Part shown: in pieces, positions 31,386-40,871 of the stretch
Layout of the letters: each line of letters starts with the position of its first letter
Numbering within the stretch: the first letter of the stretch is position 1
Assembly (NCBI GenBank): GCA_964558245.1
Contig: CAZLEC010000001.1
Span: forward strand, 1-41,925
DNA: 41,925 nucleotides
Reading direction: 5' to 3'
Source of the DNA: an uncultured Burkholderiales bacterium
GTDB lineage: Bacteria; Actinomycetota; Acidimicrobiia; IMCC26256; PALSA-610
Notes under the pieces: model-generated
What the model was told of the DNA's origin: nothing
The model's input: only the letters and a program-made list of their open reading frames with translations
The model's database searches: none
Position numbers and translations under genes: made by a program

Positions 31386-33815
31386 GTGAAGACTGTTGTT
31401 GGCGCGCGCACCGATCTGTTGGAGCTTCGCCGTCGCGTAACGGCGTCGTTCGGTCGGGCGCGCGCGGAATCGACCCAGGTGTGGTGGCAACTCGCCGGCG
31501 GCGTCGTGCTCGCGGCGTACGTGGTGTCGTTGTTCGCGGTCCGGCGACCAGCCGCGGTATACTCGTCATTTGGGGAGGGGTGGGTGGGCAACGTCGCAGC
31601 CGCGTTGCCGATCGTGCCCATCTGGCTACGTGTGCGGCGCTCGCCGAAGCTGCGGACGGCGTGGACGGCGATGCTGATCGGGGTCAGCCTCAACGTGATC
31701 GCCGATCTCGTGTTCCTCCTGCACGATCAGAATCTGCGGCCGATCCCGAATCCGGCACCGAGCGACTTGCCGTTCCTGTTGTCGATGCTGGCGTTCATCG
31801 TCGGGGTCGCGATCATGACGCAAACCGCGTTCGGTCACGGCCACGCCAGTGTGCGTCTCGATGGCGCGGTCGCCGGCTTCACCATCGGCGCAATCGCGGT
31901 CGTGTTGTGGTTCCGGCCGGTGCTCCAGGTGAGCGGCCGGCCGCTGCAGGTCGCAGTCGGCATGGCCTACCCGCTGTGCGATCTCGTATTGCTGGTGCTG
32001 CTGGTCGCCGGACTGGCACCGCAGCGATACCGTCCTTCGTGGTCGACCGGGCTGTTGATGTTCGGCATCGGGTGGTTCGTGTTCGGCGACACCGTCTATC
32101 TCAATCGGACCGCGGCGAACACGTACGTGCCGGGCACGCCCCTCGAGGCCACGTGGGCGATCGGGATCTTCCTCATCGGGATCGCGGCCTGGGCGCCGAG
32201 CGAACGAGGCTCCGAACTCTCGGGCGAGCGTCGAGCGCGGCCGCGCGCCGGCGTTGCGCCGAGCGGGATCGGGCTGATCCCGGTGGTGTTCGGGATCCTC
32301 GCGCTCGCCGTGATCCTGGTGTCGGTGTTCCGCCACACCTCGACCGTCGCGTCGACGCTGGCAGTGGGCGCGCTCGGCGTCGTCATCGTCCGGATGGCGC
32401 TGACCCTGCGAGAAGTGCGGCAGGCGTCGGAGAACTTCCGCGACGCTCGCACCGATGTGCTGACCGGCCTTCGCAACCGCCGCGCCTTCCTGGAACAGCT
32501 CGCGTCGCAACTCCTCACGATGGGGGACGGTCAGCACCTCGGCGTGATGTTGGTCGACCTCGACGGCTTCAAGGAAGTGAACGACTCGCTCGGACACCAC
32601 AACGGTGACGAGTTGCTGCGCGTCGTCGGCCGGCGGTTCCAGCGTCGTCTCGGCGACCGGGGATCGATCGCTCGTCTCGGCGGCGACGAGTTCGCGAGTT
32701 CCTGCGTCGTCGCGTCAACCGAGACCTTGATCGCGATCGCGCACGAGCTTGCGGCAACCCTCGCGGAGCCGATCTCGCTCGAGGGTGTCACGGTTCGGGT
32801 GGGCGCAAGCATCGGCGTCTCCGTGTCCCCGGCCGACGGCGTCACCCATACCGACCTGCTCCGCACCGCCGACGTCGCCATGTACGAGGCCAAGCGCGCT
32901 CAGTCGAGCGTGTGCTCGTATCACGCCGAATATGACCTGAACAGCCGCGATCGGCTCACGTTGATCAACGACCTCCGCACCGCGATCGACGATCGAACGC
33001 TCACGCTGCACTACCAGCCGACGCTCGCGCTCCGGTCGGTGACCATCCACGGGGCCGAGGCGCTCGTCCGGTGGCATCACCCGACCCGGGGACTCCTTTT
33101 CCCCGATGACTTCGTCCCGCTCGCCGAGCGGGTCGGCCTGATCCCGCAGCTCACGCAGGCGGTGCTCGCACTCGCGGTGGCGGAGGCCGCTCGGCTGGAG
33201 GCGGCCGGCCATTCCCTGCAGATGAGCGTCAACATCTCGCGCTACGACCTGATCGACGAGCACCTCCCGAAGTTCATCGACGATCTCCTCTCGGAGCATG
33301 GCGTCGCGCACAACCGCCTGACCCTCGAGATCACCGAGTCGTGCCTGGGCGAGGAGCCCGAGCGGGTGACGCAACAGATCCACGAGCTGCGCGCCCGCGG
33401 GATCCGCATCTCCATCGACGACTTCGGCGTCGGCTATTCCTCGATGTCGCAGCTCCTCGAGCTGCCGATCGACGAGCTCAAGATCGACAAGTCCTTCGTG
33501 CTCGCGCTCGAGACCGACCACCGCGCCGAGGCGATCATCCGATCCACCATCGAGCTCGGACGCGCGCTCAACCTCAGCATCATCGCCGAGGGCACGGAGT
33601 GCGCCGACACCCTCAACCGGCTGCGGGTGCTCGGCACCGACATCGCGCAGGGGTACCACATCGCCCGGCCGCTCACGGTCGAGCAGCTCTACGAGTTCCT
33701 CGACCGCGGCCCACACCACTTCGGGCTGCTCCCCGAAGCGGTCGAGCGTCAGCCGTTGCCGTCGCCGTCGCCGATCCGCCGACCCGACACCAGATCGAGC
33801 GAGATCCCGACGTAG
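31386..33815 (+). CDS. Membrane-bound diguanylate cyclase / phosphodiesterase (multi-TM sensor, GGDEF, EAL)
   Basis: The N-terminal ~330 aa carry about 9-10 hydrophobic segments. The GGDEF domain has intact RLGGDEFAS. The EAL domain has EALVRWHHP, NISRYDL, ITES, DDFGVGYSS, ELKIDKSF and IAEGTE. Confidence 0.93.
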   Translation: MKTVVGARTDLLELRRRVTASFGRARAESTQVWWQLAGGVVLAAYVVSLFAVRRPAAVYSSFGEGWVGNVAAALPIVPIWLRVRRSPKLRTAWTAMLIGVSLNVIADLVFLLHDQNLRPIPNPAPSDLPFLLSMLAFIVGVAIMTQTAFGHGHASVRLDGAVAGFTIGAIAVVLWFRPVLQVSGRPLQVAVGMAYPLCDLVLLVLLVAGLAPQRYRPSWSTGLLMFGIGWFVFGDTVYLNRTAANTYVPGTPLEATWAIGIFLIGIAAWAPSERGSELSGERRARPRAGVAPSGIGLIPVVFGILALAVILVSVFRHTSTVASTLAVGALGVVIVRMALTLREVRQASENFRDARTDVLTGLRNRRAFLEQLASQLLTMGDGQHLGVMLVDLDGFKEVNDSLGHHNGDELLRVVGRRFQRRLGDRGSIARLGGDEFASSCVVASTETLIAIAHELAATLAEPISLEGVTVRVGASIGVSVSPADGVTHTDLLRTADVAMYEAKRAQSSVCSYHAEYDLNSRDRLTLINDLRTAIDDRTLTLHYQPTLALRSVTIHGAEALVRWHHPTRGLLFPDDFVPLAERVGLIPQLTQAVLALAVAEAARLEAAGHSLQMSVNISRYDLIDEHLPKFIDDLLSEHGVAHNRLTLEITESCLGEEPERVTQQIHELRARGIRISIDDFGVGYSSMSQLLELPIDELKIDKSFVLALETDHRAEAIIRSTIELGRALNLSIIAEGTECADTLNRLRVLGTDIAQGYHIARPLTVEQLYEFLDRGPHHFGLLPEAVERQPLPSPSPIRRPDTRSSEIPT

Positions 33816-34171
33816 CGGTCGTGCTCGCTGCGCACCCAGCGCGTGAACGGGAGGAGCCGGAGCTCGGCGACCACTGCCGGGTCGGTGACCTCGGTGGCGA
33901 TACCGGTGACGGCGACGCTCCAGCCTCCCGAACCCTGCGCGTCCACCCCGTCGATCTCGAACGCGACCACGGTGTTCGTGGTCGCTTCGGCGAGCCGGGT
34001 GTTTCGCTCGGTCTGGATCACGATCTCACCGTCGAAGAGCTGGAAGTTGACCGGGAGCACGACCGGAAGCGCGTCAACGGTCACGCCGATCCGTCCGAGG
34101 GTTTGCGTGTTCAGGAGGCGGAGGCACTCGTCGCGTTCGAGCACCTCGAGGCCGTTGCGGTCAAGTCTCAC
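33749..34171 (-). CDS. Pyridoxamine 5'-phosphate oxidase family protein (PPOX class, FMN/F420-binding split barrel)
   Basis: GTG 34171. The product starts LERDECLRLLNTQTLGRIGVTVDALPVVLPVNFQLFDGEIVIQT, which is typical of the Pyridox_ox_2-type family. Its 3' end overlaps the convergent GGDEF-EAL gene by 67 nt. Confidence 0.85.
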   Translation of the reverse strand: MRLDRNGLEVLERDECLRLLNTQTLGRIGVTVDALPVVLPVNFQLFDGEIVIQTERNTRLAEATTNTVVAFEIDGVDAQGSGGWSVAVTGIATEVTDPAVVAELRLLPFTRWVRSEHDRYVGISLDLVSGRRIGDGDGNG

Positions 34172-34301
34172 GAACGGTCAGTCTGCGGGTGCTCGGGGGC
34201 GACTCGGTAGGGCCGAAGGTCCCGAAAGTGATTCGTCATCGACCTGGCGCGAGGACCTTGGCCCCTGGCGTCGTGGGCCCCGATTGAGCGATGCTGCCCG
34301 C

Positions 34302-34862
34302 ATGATCGACACGAGGACCCGAGTTTTGGCAGTAGGCCTCCTGGCGGCGGTTGCACTCGCGGGCTGCGGGAGCAGCTCGAAGCCCGCCAGCTCGAGCACC
34401 ACGGTCGGGACGCCGACCACCACCCAACCCGCCACGACCCAACCCGCCACAACGGTGGTCACCCTGCCGGTCGAGACGATCGCCAGAGCGATCCTCCTGC
34501 CGGCGAAGGTCGCGCCGGTCAGCGACGAGTGCACGCTGGCGGTCACCAACCTCGAAGACGGCAACGTTTCTCCCTTGCTCTGCCCGGGCGGGGGAGTCAA
34601 CCGGGTGGCCTGGGTGCACTACGCGCACGGCCACGTTCGCGACCTCCCCACGACTGCGTCGAAGACGATGCAACTCGGAATGGGTGCGAGCGCAACCGCG
34701 GTACTGGGTGCGATGTGCTCCGACTACGCCAGCGTCTACGGCACGAACCCGTTGACGATTTCGGCCGAGAAGCTCGCGGCCGCTTACTACGGCTGGACGG
34801 TCACCGACACGAAGGTCTCCCACTTCGACCACACGAGTTGTCCGGCGGTACCCGCTTCGTAG
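34302..34862 (+). CDS. Lipoprotein of unknown function
   Basis: ATG 34302 lies within ORF 33843..34862. The signal MIDTRTRVLAVGLLAAVALAGCGSSS carries the lipobox LAGC, followed by a Thr/Pro linker and then a Cys-containing globular domain. An alternative start is TTG 34284. Confidence 0.75.
   Translation: MIDTRTRVLAVGLLAAVALAGCGSSSKPASSSTTVGTPTTTQPATTQPATTVVTLPVETIARAILLPAKVAPVSDECTLAVTNLEDGNVSPLLCPGGGVNRVAWVHYAHGHVRDLPTTASKTMQLGMGASATAVLGAMCSDYASVYGTNPLTISAEKLAAAYYGWTVTDTKVSHFDHTSCPAVPAS
34422..34451 (+). repeat. 2 x 15-nt tandem repeat (acccaacccgccacg / acccaacccgccaca) encoding TQPAT-TQPAT in the lipoprotein linker
   Basis: Read directly from the sequence; 14 of 15 positions are identical. 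Confidence 0.9.
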
Positions 34863-34903
34863 ACTTCGCACGGCTCGATCGCACGAGCGACCGGACGGGG
34901 CAC

Positions 34904-36328
34904 GTGTCGAAGTCAAGGCTGGTCTGGGTGTTGGTGTTGCTGGCTGTGGGCGCGGCGTGCTCGTCGCATGCGCAGTCGGCGCCACGGGCAAGCTCGTCGA
35001 CAACGTCGACGTCGGGCCCGGCGGCAACGCCGACGACCACACGCCCGGCCACCGGCGCCGAGCTGGCAACCGATGCGTTCGTATGGGGATACCCGCTCGT
35101 CGTGACCGAGCGAACGTTGCAGTCGTTGGCGTTGCTCGCGCCCGAGAACCGGCTGACGTTTCAACCGGCGCGATCGGGGATCACCACTCGCACCATCGTG
35201 GCTCCCAACACCGACACGCTGTACGGCGTTGCGCCGCTCGATCTGCGGAGTGAGCCGTACGTGCTCACGCTGCCCGCGATACACGATCGCTACTACTCGT
35301 TCCAGTTCATCTCTGCCTACACCGACTCCTTTGCCTACATCGGAACGCGCGCCACGGGCGGTCGCGCCGGGCGCTGGATGATCACGCCGCCCGGCTGGCA
35401 CGGTGCGGTGCCTCGCGGCGTCACGCAGGTTGCGTCGCCGACGCCCCAACTGCTCCTGCTGGGGCGATTCCTCGTGGCCGACGATGCCGACGTCGCCCGG
35501 GTGCACGCGTTGGCCGCCCGAATGAGTCTCGAGCCGCTCTCGACGGTCACCGGGGCGCCGGCACCACCGGCCCCGCCGGCGTTCGGCTCACCCGCCGGCA
35601 CACCCCAGTCGGTCGGCGCGGCCGGAATTGGATTCTTCGACGAGCTCGGCAATGCGCTCGCCGTCGATCCGCCCGTCGACGCCCGTGCGCGCGCGACGTT
35701 GCAGAGCTTCGCGTCTCTCGGCATCGGTGCCGGACGCCATCCGAGCACTGAGGTGCACGACGCGAGCACGCGCGCCGCGCTTGCCGCCGGCGTTCGCGAC
35801 GGCGAGCGGCTCATCGCAACCCAGCGGTCGGCAGGTGCGCGCACCGTCGACGGTTGGACCTTCAACCTGCACGTGGGCCGCTACGGCGACGATGGGCTCC
35901 TTCGGGCTGTGGTCGCCGCGACCGGTTGGGGTGCGAACGTGCCGGCGGAAGCCGTGTACGCCCACGCGTCGGTCGACGCGCAGGGCAACTCGCTCGACGG
36001 AGCCCGTCGTTACGTCGTCCACTTCCCGGCCGGGGGTCTGCCCCCGGTCAATGCGTTCTGGTCGGTGACGATGTACGGACCCGACCGGTTCTTCATCGCG
36101 AATCCGATCGACCGTTACGCGATCGGAGATCGCACGCCCGGTTTGCAGTACGGAGCCGATGGATCGCTCGACCTCTACATCCAGCACGATCCACCGGCCG
36201 GCCATGCGGCGAATTGGTTGCCGGCGCCGACCGGACCGTTCTTCCTCACGATGCGGCTGTACCTGCCGAAGCGCAGTGTCCTCGACGGTGAATACCGGTA
36301 CCCGACCGTGGAATCCGAGGGCGCGTAG
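34904..36328 (+). CDS. DUF1254 / DUF1214 domain lipoprotein
   Basis: GTG 34904. The signal VSKSRLVWVLVLLAVGAACSS is followed by a Ser/Thr/Pro linker. DUF1254-type motifs are AFVWGYPLV, NTDTLYG and YYSFQF. DUF1214-type motifs are VNAFWSVTMY and NWLPAP..PFFLTMRLYLP. Confidence 0.88.
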   Translation: MSKSRLVWVLVLLAVGAACSSHAQSAPRASSSTTSTSGPAATPTTTRPATGAELATDAFVWGYPLVVTERTLQSLALLAPENRLTFQPARSGITTRTIVAPNTDTLYGVAPLDLRSEPYVLTLPAIHDRYYSFQFISAYTDSFAYIGTRATGGRAGRWMITPPGWHGAVPRGVTQVASPTPQLLLLGRFLVADDADVARVHALAARMSLEPLSTVTGAPAPPAPPAFGSPAGTPQSVGAAGIGFFDELGNALAVDPPVDARARATLQSFASLGIGAGRHPSTEVHDASTRAALAAGVRDGERLIATQRSAGARTVDGWTFNLHVGRYGDDGLLRAVVAATGWGANVPAEAVYAHASVDAQGNSLDGARRYVVHFPAGGLPPVNAFWSVTMYGPDRFFIANPIDRYAIGDRTPGLQYGADGSLDLYIQHDPPAGHAANWLPAPTGPFFLTMRLYLPKRSVLDGEYRYPTVESEGA

Positions 36329-36428
36329 CCGAAATCCCGCGGGTACACCGGGCGTGCAACCTTTCGGGTGAGACTGTGGTCTGATCGTTCGGCCCGAGCG
36401 GCTCACCCGAACTCTCCGGGAGGTTCCC

Positions 36429-38951
36429 ATGGCCGGCGCCGCCGACTCCGATTGCCCGGCCTGCGGAGCGCGAACCGATGACGATCCCTGGTGCGGTGTC
36501 TGCGGGCTCGATCTCCGCGGTGACGAAGCGGGTCTTCTGCGGCACCTCGCAGGTGTCCTGAGCGCGGCCGAGGTCGAGCTCGCCGGCGTGCGCGCGCGTC
36601 GCGATGCGATCGCGACCGAATTGGCCGAGCGGAAGTTGGCGGCCGGCCGGTTCTTCGAGCCGCCGCCGGCGGCCGAGCCGCTCCCCGTGTTCGCGCCGCG
36701 GCCGATGCCGCGAGCAACCCGCGCGGAGTGGGGGGTCGATCGGGTCCGGAACTTCTTGCTGTGGACCGGGGCGACGCTCTTGGTGCTCTCCGCGCTCGCT
36801 TTCACCGCGGTCGCGTGGACCCATCTCGGTCCGGTTGGGCGTGCGGTGCTGTTGGTCGCGTTCACCGGGGTCTCGGCCGGTCTGGCCTCGGGAACGCGGC
36901 ACCGTCTTCCCGCGTCGTCGGGTGCGCTCACCGGTTTGACGATCGCGCTCGCGCTGGTCGACTGGCAGGTTGCCCGCCGCGCCGGCGGTTCGGGCTCCAT
37001 GTCGGGCGCGGCATGGTGGGCGATCGGAACCGCTGTTGTCGGCGCGCTGTCGGCCGGGCTTGCGCGCATCGCCGCACCGGTGCCCGCGCGCCGCGCGATC
37101 GCGGGGCTCGGGCCGGCCGCCGCGGTGTTGACGGTGATCGCGGTTGGGAACGCGGCGTGGAGTTGGGCGCTCGGGTTCGCGCTCGTCGCGGGCGTGCTCG
37201 CGGCGGTCGACCGGTTCGTCGGTGCGCGGTTGACCGATCGAGTCGTGCGCACCGCGTTGCCGGCGGCCGCGGCCGCGGTCTGGGCCGTTGGTGCGGTCCT
37301 GGCGATCGCGGCCGCGTTCGGTCCGTCTACCGTCGTGCAGACCTTCACGCCGGCCGCCGTAATGCTTGCGCTGGCCGTCACGCCGGGCCTGGGGTCGTTC
37401 GGCCGGCGACCGATCACGACGATCACGCGCGTCAATGCCTTCCTCGTGATGGCGGCCGGGATCGGCGCGGCGCTGATCTTGGCGTCCAGTTCGGTCGGGC
37501 CGGTCGGGCTGGCGACCCTGGCCGTGGCCTTGGGAAGCGTGGTGATCGCGGTCGCGCCTTCGCTCGACGCGACGGGGCGCGCTGCGGCCTACGGCGCGGG
37601 CGCCGCGGCGGCGGCCGCGGGCTTCGTGCTCGCGTTCGTCGAGGCCGCGGTGTGCGAGCTCGGTCCGCTCGCCTGGTTCGGGCACGCGTGGCAGGGCACG
37701 ACGCACGCCCGCGCACTGGCGGTTGTGGTGGGCCCGCACACGACCGGCGCCGACGCGATCGGATGGTGCGCCGTGGCGATCCTCGCGACGGCGGCCGCGG
37801 CGATCGCGATCGCGTCGGTTCCGCAGCGCGGCCAGCCGCTCGCGCGGAGCTGGCGCGCGGCGGCGGGCGGGCTCGCGCTCGCCGCGATCGTCGTCGGCCC
37901 GATCGCCGCGGGTGCCACCGTGCTCGTGGTTCTCGTGGTTGCCACCACCGCGCTCGTGCTGGCACTCGTGGGTTCGGGTCTCGCGAGCGGTCGGTACGCG
38001 CAGGCCGCGCTCGCGAGCGGCGTGCTCGCCGTGATTCCGGCGGCGCCCCTGGCGGGTTGGGCGTCCGTGACGCGGGGAACTTCCGTCTCGGTCCTCGCCA
38101 CCGTCGTCGTCGGCGCGTTCGTCGCGGCGGCGGTCGGCCGGCAAATGTCGCTCCGCGCCGCGCACGCGGGTCTCGCCGCGCTCGCGACGATCGCACTGGC
38201 TCCCGTCGTGACGCTCGCGTCCGGAGGATCGCGTCCCGTCGCCGGCTTCGTCGGCGCGGTCGTCGCCGGGATGCTGCTCCTTGCCGGCACGTCCGTGCGT
38301 CACGACACGATCGACGGGCTCGTGGTGGAGTGCACCGGCGGCGCGGGGGTCATCTTCGGAGTGCTGCTCGCCGTGCCGTCGCTCCCGTGGATGGCGGCCG
38401 CGCTCACGACGATGGTGCCGCTGCTGCTGACCGCAAGTGCGCGTCGCAGCCGGAACCTCCTCTACGGCGGTGCGGCCGGTGCCGCCGCGCTCGGCGCCAC
38501 GTGGATGTGGCTCGCGGCGGCCGGCATGACGCTGGTCGAGGCCTACACGCTGCCCGCGGCCGCGCTCGCGTTCGCGGCGGGCACGTTCGTGTCGGAGCGG
38601 GTGCGAGGGTGGTCGTGGCTGAGCCTCGGATCCGCGATCGTGCTCGTGCTCGCGCCGACCGTCGGTCTGGCGATCGTGCGGCACGACGACGGGCGGGCGA
38701 TCGCATCTGGTGTCGCGGCGCTCGCGATCGCGTTCGTCGGGGCGCGGCGCCAGTTGCAGGCGCCGCTCGTGCTCGGCGTGATCGCGTTGCTGGCGCTCGG
38801 GGTCGACAAGATCGGCCCGCAGGCCGTGCGGCTGCCGCGCTGGGTGATGCTCGCGATCGCCGGCGCGCTGCTCTTGTGGGTGGGAACGACGTTCGAGCGC
38901 CGGCGCGACGAGATGTATCGCGCCGCCCGTCGCCTCGGCGGGTTGCGCTGA
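36429..38951 (+). CDS. 840-aa protein: N-terminal zinc ribbon, coiled segment, Pro-rich linker and a very large Ala/Gly/Val-rich polytopic membrane domain (SCO7613 C-terminal-domain-like)
   Basis: ATG 36429 follows GGGAGG. The zinc ribbon is CPACG-x9-CGVCG (36453-36506). After it come on the order of twenty hydrophobic segments by eye. It ends in a charged tail, FERRRDEMYRAARRLG. The family assignment is from memory of actinobacterial SCO7613-like proteins. Confidence 0.8.
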   Translation: MAGAADSDCPACGARTDDDPWCGVCGLDLRGDEAGLLRHLAGVLSAAEVELAGVRARRDAIATELAERKLAAGRFFEPPPAAEPLPVFAPRPMPRATRAEWGVDRVRNFLLWTGATLLVLSALAFTAVAWTHLGPVGRAVLLVAFTGVSAGLASGTRHRLPASSGALTGLTIALALVDWQVARRAGGSGSMSGAAWWAIGTAVVGALSAGLARIAAPVPARRAIAGLGPAAAVLTVIAVGNAAWSWALGFALVAGVLAAVDRFVGARLTDRVVRTALPAAAAAVWAVGAVLAIAAAFGPSTVVQTFTPAAVMLALAVTPGLGSFGRRPITTITRVNAFLVMAAGIGAALILASSSVGPVGLATLAVALGSVVIAVAPSLDATGRAAAYGAGAAAAAAGFVLAFVEAAVCELGPLAWFGHAWQGTTHARALAVVVGPHTTGADAIGWCAVAILATAAAAIAIASVPQRGQPLARSWRAAAGGLALAAIVVGPIAAGATVLVVLVVATTALVLALVGSGLASGRYAQAALASGVLAVIPAAPLAGWASVTRGTSVSVLATVVVGAFVAAAVGRQMSLRAAHAGLAALATIALAPVVTLASGGSRPVAGFVGAVVAGMLLLAGTSVRHDTIDGLVVECTGGAGVIFGVLLAVPSLPWMAAALTTMVPLLLTASARRSRNLLYGGAAGAAALGATWMWLAAAGMTLVEAYTLPAAALAFAAGTFVSERVRGWSWLSLGSAIVLVLAPTVGLAIVRHDDGRAIASGVAALAIAFVGARRQLQAPLVLGVIALLALGVDKIGPQAVRLPRWVMLAIAGALLLWVGTTFERRRDEMYRAARRLGGLR

Positions 38952-38955
38952 CCGC

Positions 38956-39162
38956 TTAGAAGCGCATCTCCGTGTCGATCGAGATCGACTGCCCGCCGGG
39001 GTCGACGCCGACCCGGCACGGTGGGCAGGTCGTGGGCGTCGTGCCGTCCTTGAAGGTGCCGGCCTTGAAAGTGCGCTTGCACTCGTCGCACTCGACGTAC
39101 GTTTCGCGCGGTCGTGAGGTCACGCGCTCATGGTACCGATCGCGAGCTGTTGGCGCGGCCAC
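38956..39162 (-). CDS. Hypothetical small zinc-ribbon protein
   Basis: ...RETYVECDECKRTFKAGTFKDGTTPTTCPPCRVGVDPGGQSISIDTEMRF contains CxxC-x18-CxxC. Third-position GC is high. The start is uncertain (GTG 39162 or the internal GTG giving VTSRPRE...). There is no clear RBS. Confidence 0.45.
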   Translation of the reverse strand: MAAPTARDRYHERVTSRPRETYVECDECKRTFKAGTFKDGTTPTTCPPCRVGVDPGGQSISIDTEMRF

Positions 39163-39262
39163 GGGCTTATCGTCGCGGTCGCCGGGCCGGTTGAAGTTCG
39201 TGTGGAGATGTCAAGAGGATCGTAAGAATCGCGCCGATCGACCCGCCGGCGCCGCAGAATGA

Positions 39263-40858
39263 GTGCGTGACGCAGGTGGTCGATTGAGCGCCGTATCGCC
39301 AGTAGGTCTCCGGCCCGCCGAGGAGTGGACGGGGTCGATCACCGCTGCGGCGGTCGCGGCGGGACTCGCGCTGGTTGCGATCGCGTCGGGCTGGCGGGGC
39401 GCCGACCTGCCGGCGCAGCTCTTCCACGTGGAGATGTTCCGTCAATACGGGTTCGTGCTGTGGAACAGCCAATGGTTCTCGGGTGTGCCCACGCTCGATT
39501 ACAGCGTCCTCTCGCCGGTGCTCGGTGCGCTGACCGGACCGCTCGTCCTCGCGGCGGTGAGCGGCACTGCATCGGCATTTCTCTTCGACCGGCTCGTGCG
39601 GCACGAGTTCGGCGTCGCGGCCCGGGTCGGCTCACTCTGGTTCGCGCTCAGCATGGTCACCAACCTGGTCGTGGGACGGGTCACCTTCGCGCTGGGTGTG
39701 ACCTTCGCGTTGGCCGCGTTGCTCGCGCTCCAACGCGACCGTACGAAGGTCGCGATCGTTTGCGCGTTGCTCTGCGGGCTGGCCTGTCCGGATGCCGGGT
39801 TGTTCCTCGCGATCGCGGGTGGTGCGGTCACGCTCGCTCGACCGCACGCACGTGCTGCGGCCGCGCTGACGTGCGCGATGGCAGTTGCGCCGGTGCTCGT
39901 GATCGCCGCGGTGTTCCCGAGCCCGGGCGCCGAGCCGTACGAGCTCTGGGCGGTCGGATGTGATCTGGCCGTGTGCGCGCTCGTGCTCGTCGTTGTGCCG
40001 CGCCGCATGCGGGTGATCCGGTGCGGCGCGGCCATCTATGCACTGGTGGTCGTCGCTACTCGGCTCATGTCGAGCCCGCTCGGCGGCATCGTGAGCCGCC
40101 TCGACCAGTACGCGGCCGGCCCGTTGCTCGCCTGCGTGCTCTGGGAGCGCCGCCGCGCGCTGGTGATCGTGCTGGCCGTGCCCTTGCTGTTCTGGCAGTG
40201 GTTCCCGACGGTCGACACCATTGCGTTTTCGCGCTCCGACCCTTCCACGCACCGCGCGTTCTACCAGCCGCTCCTGGCCTATTTCACCGAGCATCCGCCC
40301 GGGTTCGGCCGGGTAGAGATCCCCAGCACGTACCGCCACTGGGAGACGGCATTCGTCGCGCCGCGCCTTGCGCTCGCGCGGGGCTGGGAACGCGATCTCG
40401 ACTACGCGTACGACGCCGAGTTCTACGACAACTCCCTGACCGCCGACAGCTACCGCACGTGGCTCGCCGACAACGCGGTGCGCTACGTCGCGCTCCCGAA
40501 CGCGCGACTCGATTCGTCGTCGACGGTCGAGGCCGGTCTGCTCAACCGGGGCTTGTCATATCTCCAACCGGTGTGGCACGACGCACAATGGCGCGTGTGG
40601 CGCTTCACGGGATACCGAGGCCTCGTCGATGGTCCGGCCCATCTCGAGGCGTTGACCGCCGACAGCTTCGAGCTCGACGTCTCTCGAGCCGGGACGGTCA
40701 CTGTGCACATCCACGACTCGCCGCACTGGGCGATCGACGGCGGCACCGCGTGTACGGTTGCCGCGCCCGGCGGATGGCTCGAGATCGAGCACGTCGTCCC
40801 GGGTGAGCTTCGCGTCACGCAAGCACTGCGCGGAACGCGCTGCGACGTGGACACGTGA
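39263..40858 (+). CDS. Polytopic membrane protein with C-terminal soluble domain (putative GT-C-like transferase; family not recognised)
   Basis: About 9-10 hydrophobic segments in the first ~300 aa, followed by a ~220-aa soluble domain (YRHWETAFVAPRLALARGWERDLD...). The start codon is uncertain (GTG 39263 from the ORF track). Confidence 0.75.
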   Translation: MRDAGGRLSAVSPVGLRPAEEWTGSITAAAVAAGLALVAIASGWRGADLPAQLFHVEMFRQYGFVLWNSQWFSGVPTLDYSVLSPVLGALTGPLVLAAVSGTASAFLFDRLVRHEFGVAARVGSLWFALSMVTNLVVGRVTFALGVTFALAALLALQRDRTKVAIVCALLCGLACPDAGLFLAIAGGAVTLARPHARAAAALTCAMAVAPVLVIAAVFPSPGAEPYELWAVGCDLAVCALVLVVVPRRMRVIRCGAAIYALVVVATRLMSSPLGGIVSRLDQYAAGPLLACVLWERRRALVIVLAVPLLFWQWFPTVDTIAFSRSDPSTHRAFYQPLLAYFTEHPPGFGRVEIPSTYRHWETAFVAPRLALARGWERDLDYAYDAEFYDNSLTADSYRTWLADNAVRYVALPNARLDSSSTVEAGLLNRGLSYLQPVWHDAQWRVWRFTGYRGLVDGPAHLEALTADSFELDVSRAGTVTVHIHDSPHWAIDGGTACTVAAPGGWLEIEHVVPGELRVTQALRGTRCDVDT

Positions 40859-40871
40859 GAGAGGTAACGCC

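Noticed and set aside
34422-34451. The 2 x 15-nt tandem duplication, considered as a possible variable-number repeat or contingency locus
   Set aside because: There are only two copies and the duplication is in frame. It encodes a TQPAT linker in a lipoprotein tether, so it looks like ordinary linker expansion rather than a phase-variation device.
35588-38959. Long ORFs 35588..37435(-), 36246..38684(-) and 36728..38959(+), overlapping the DUF1254/1214 and SCO7613-like genes
   Set aside because: Their composition is extreme Arg/Gly/Asp/His with no hydrophobic cores or motifs. These are alternative-frame or antisense shadows of very GC-rich Ala-codon-dense coding sequence.
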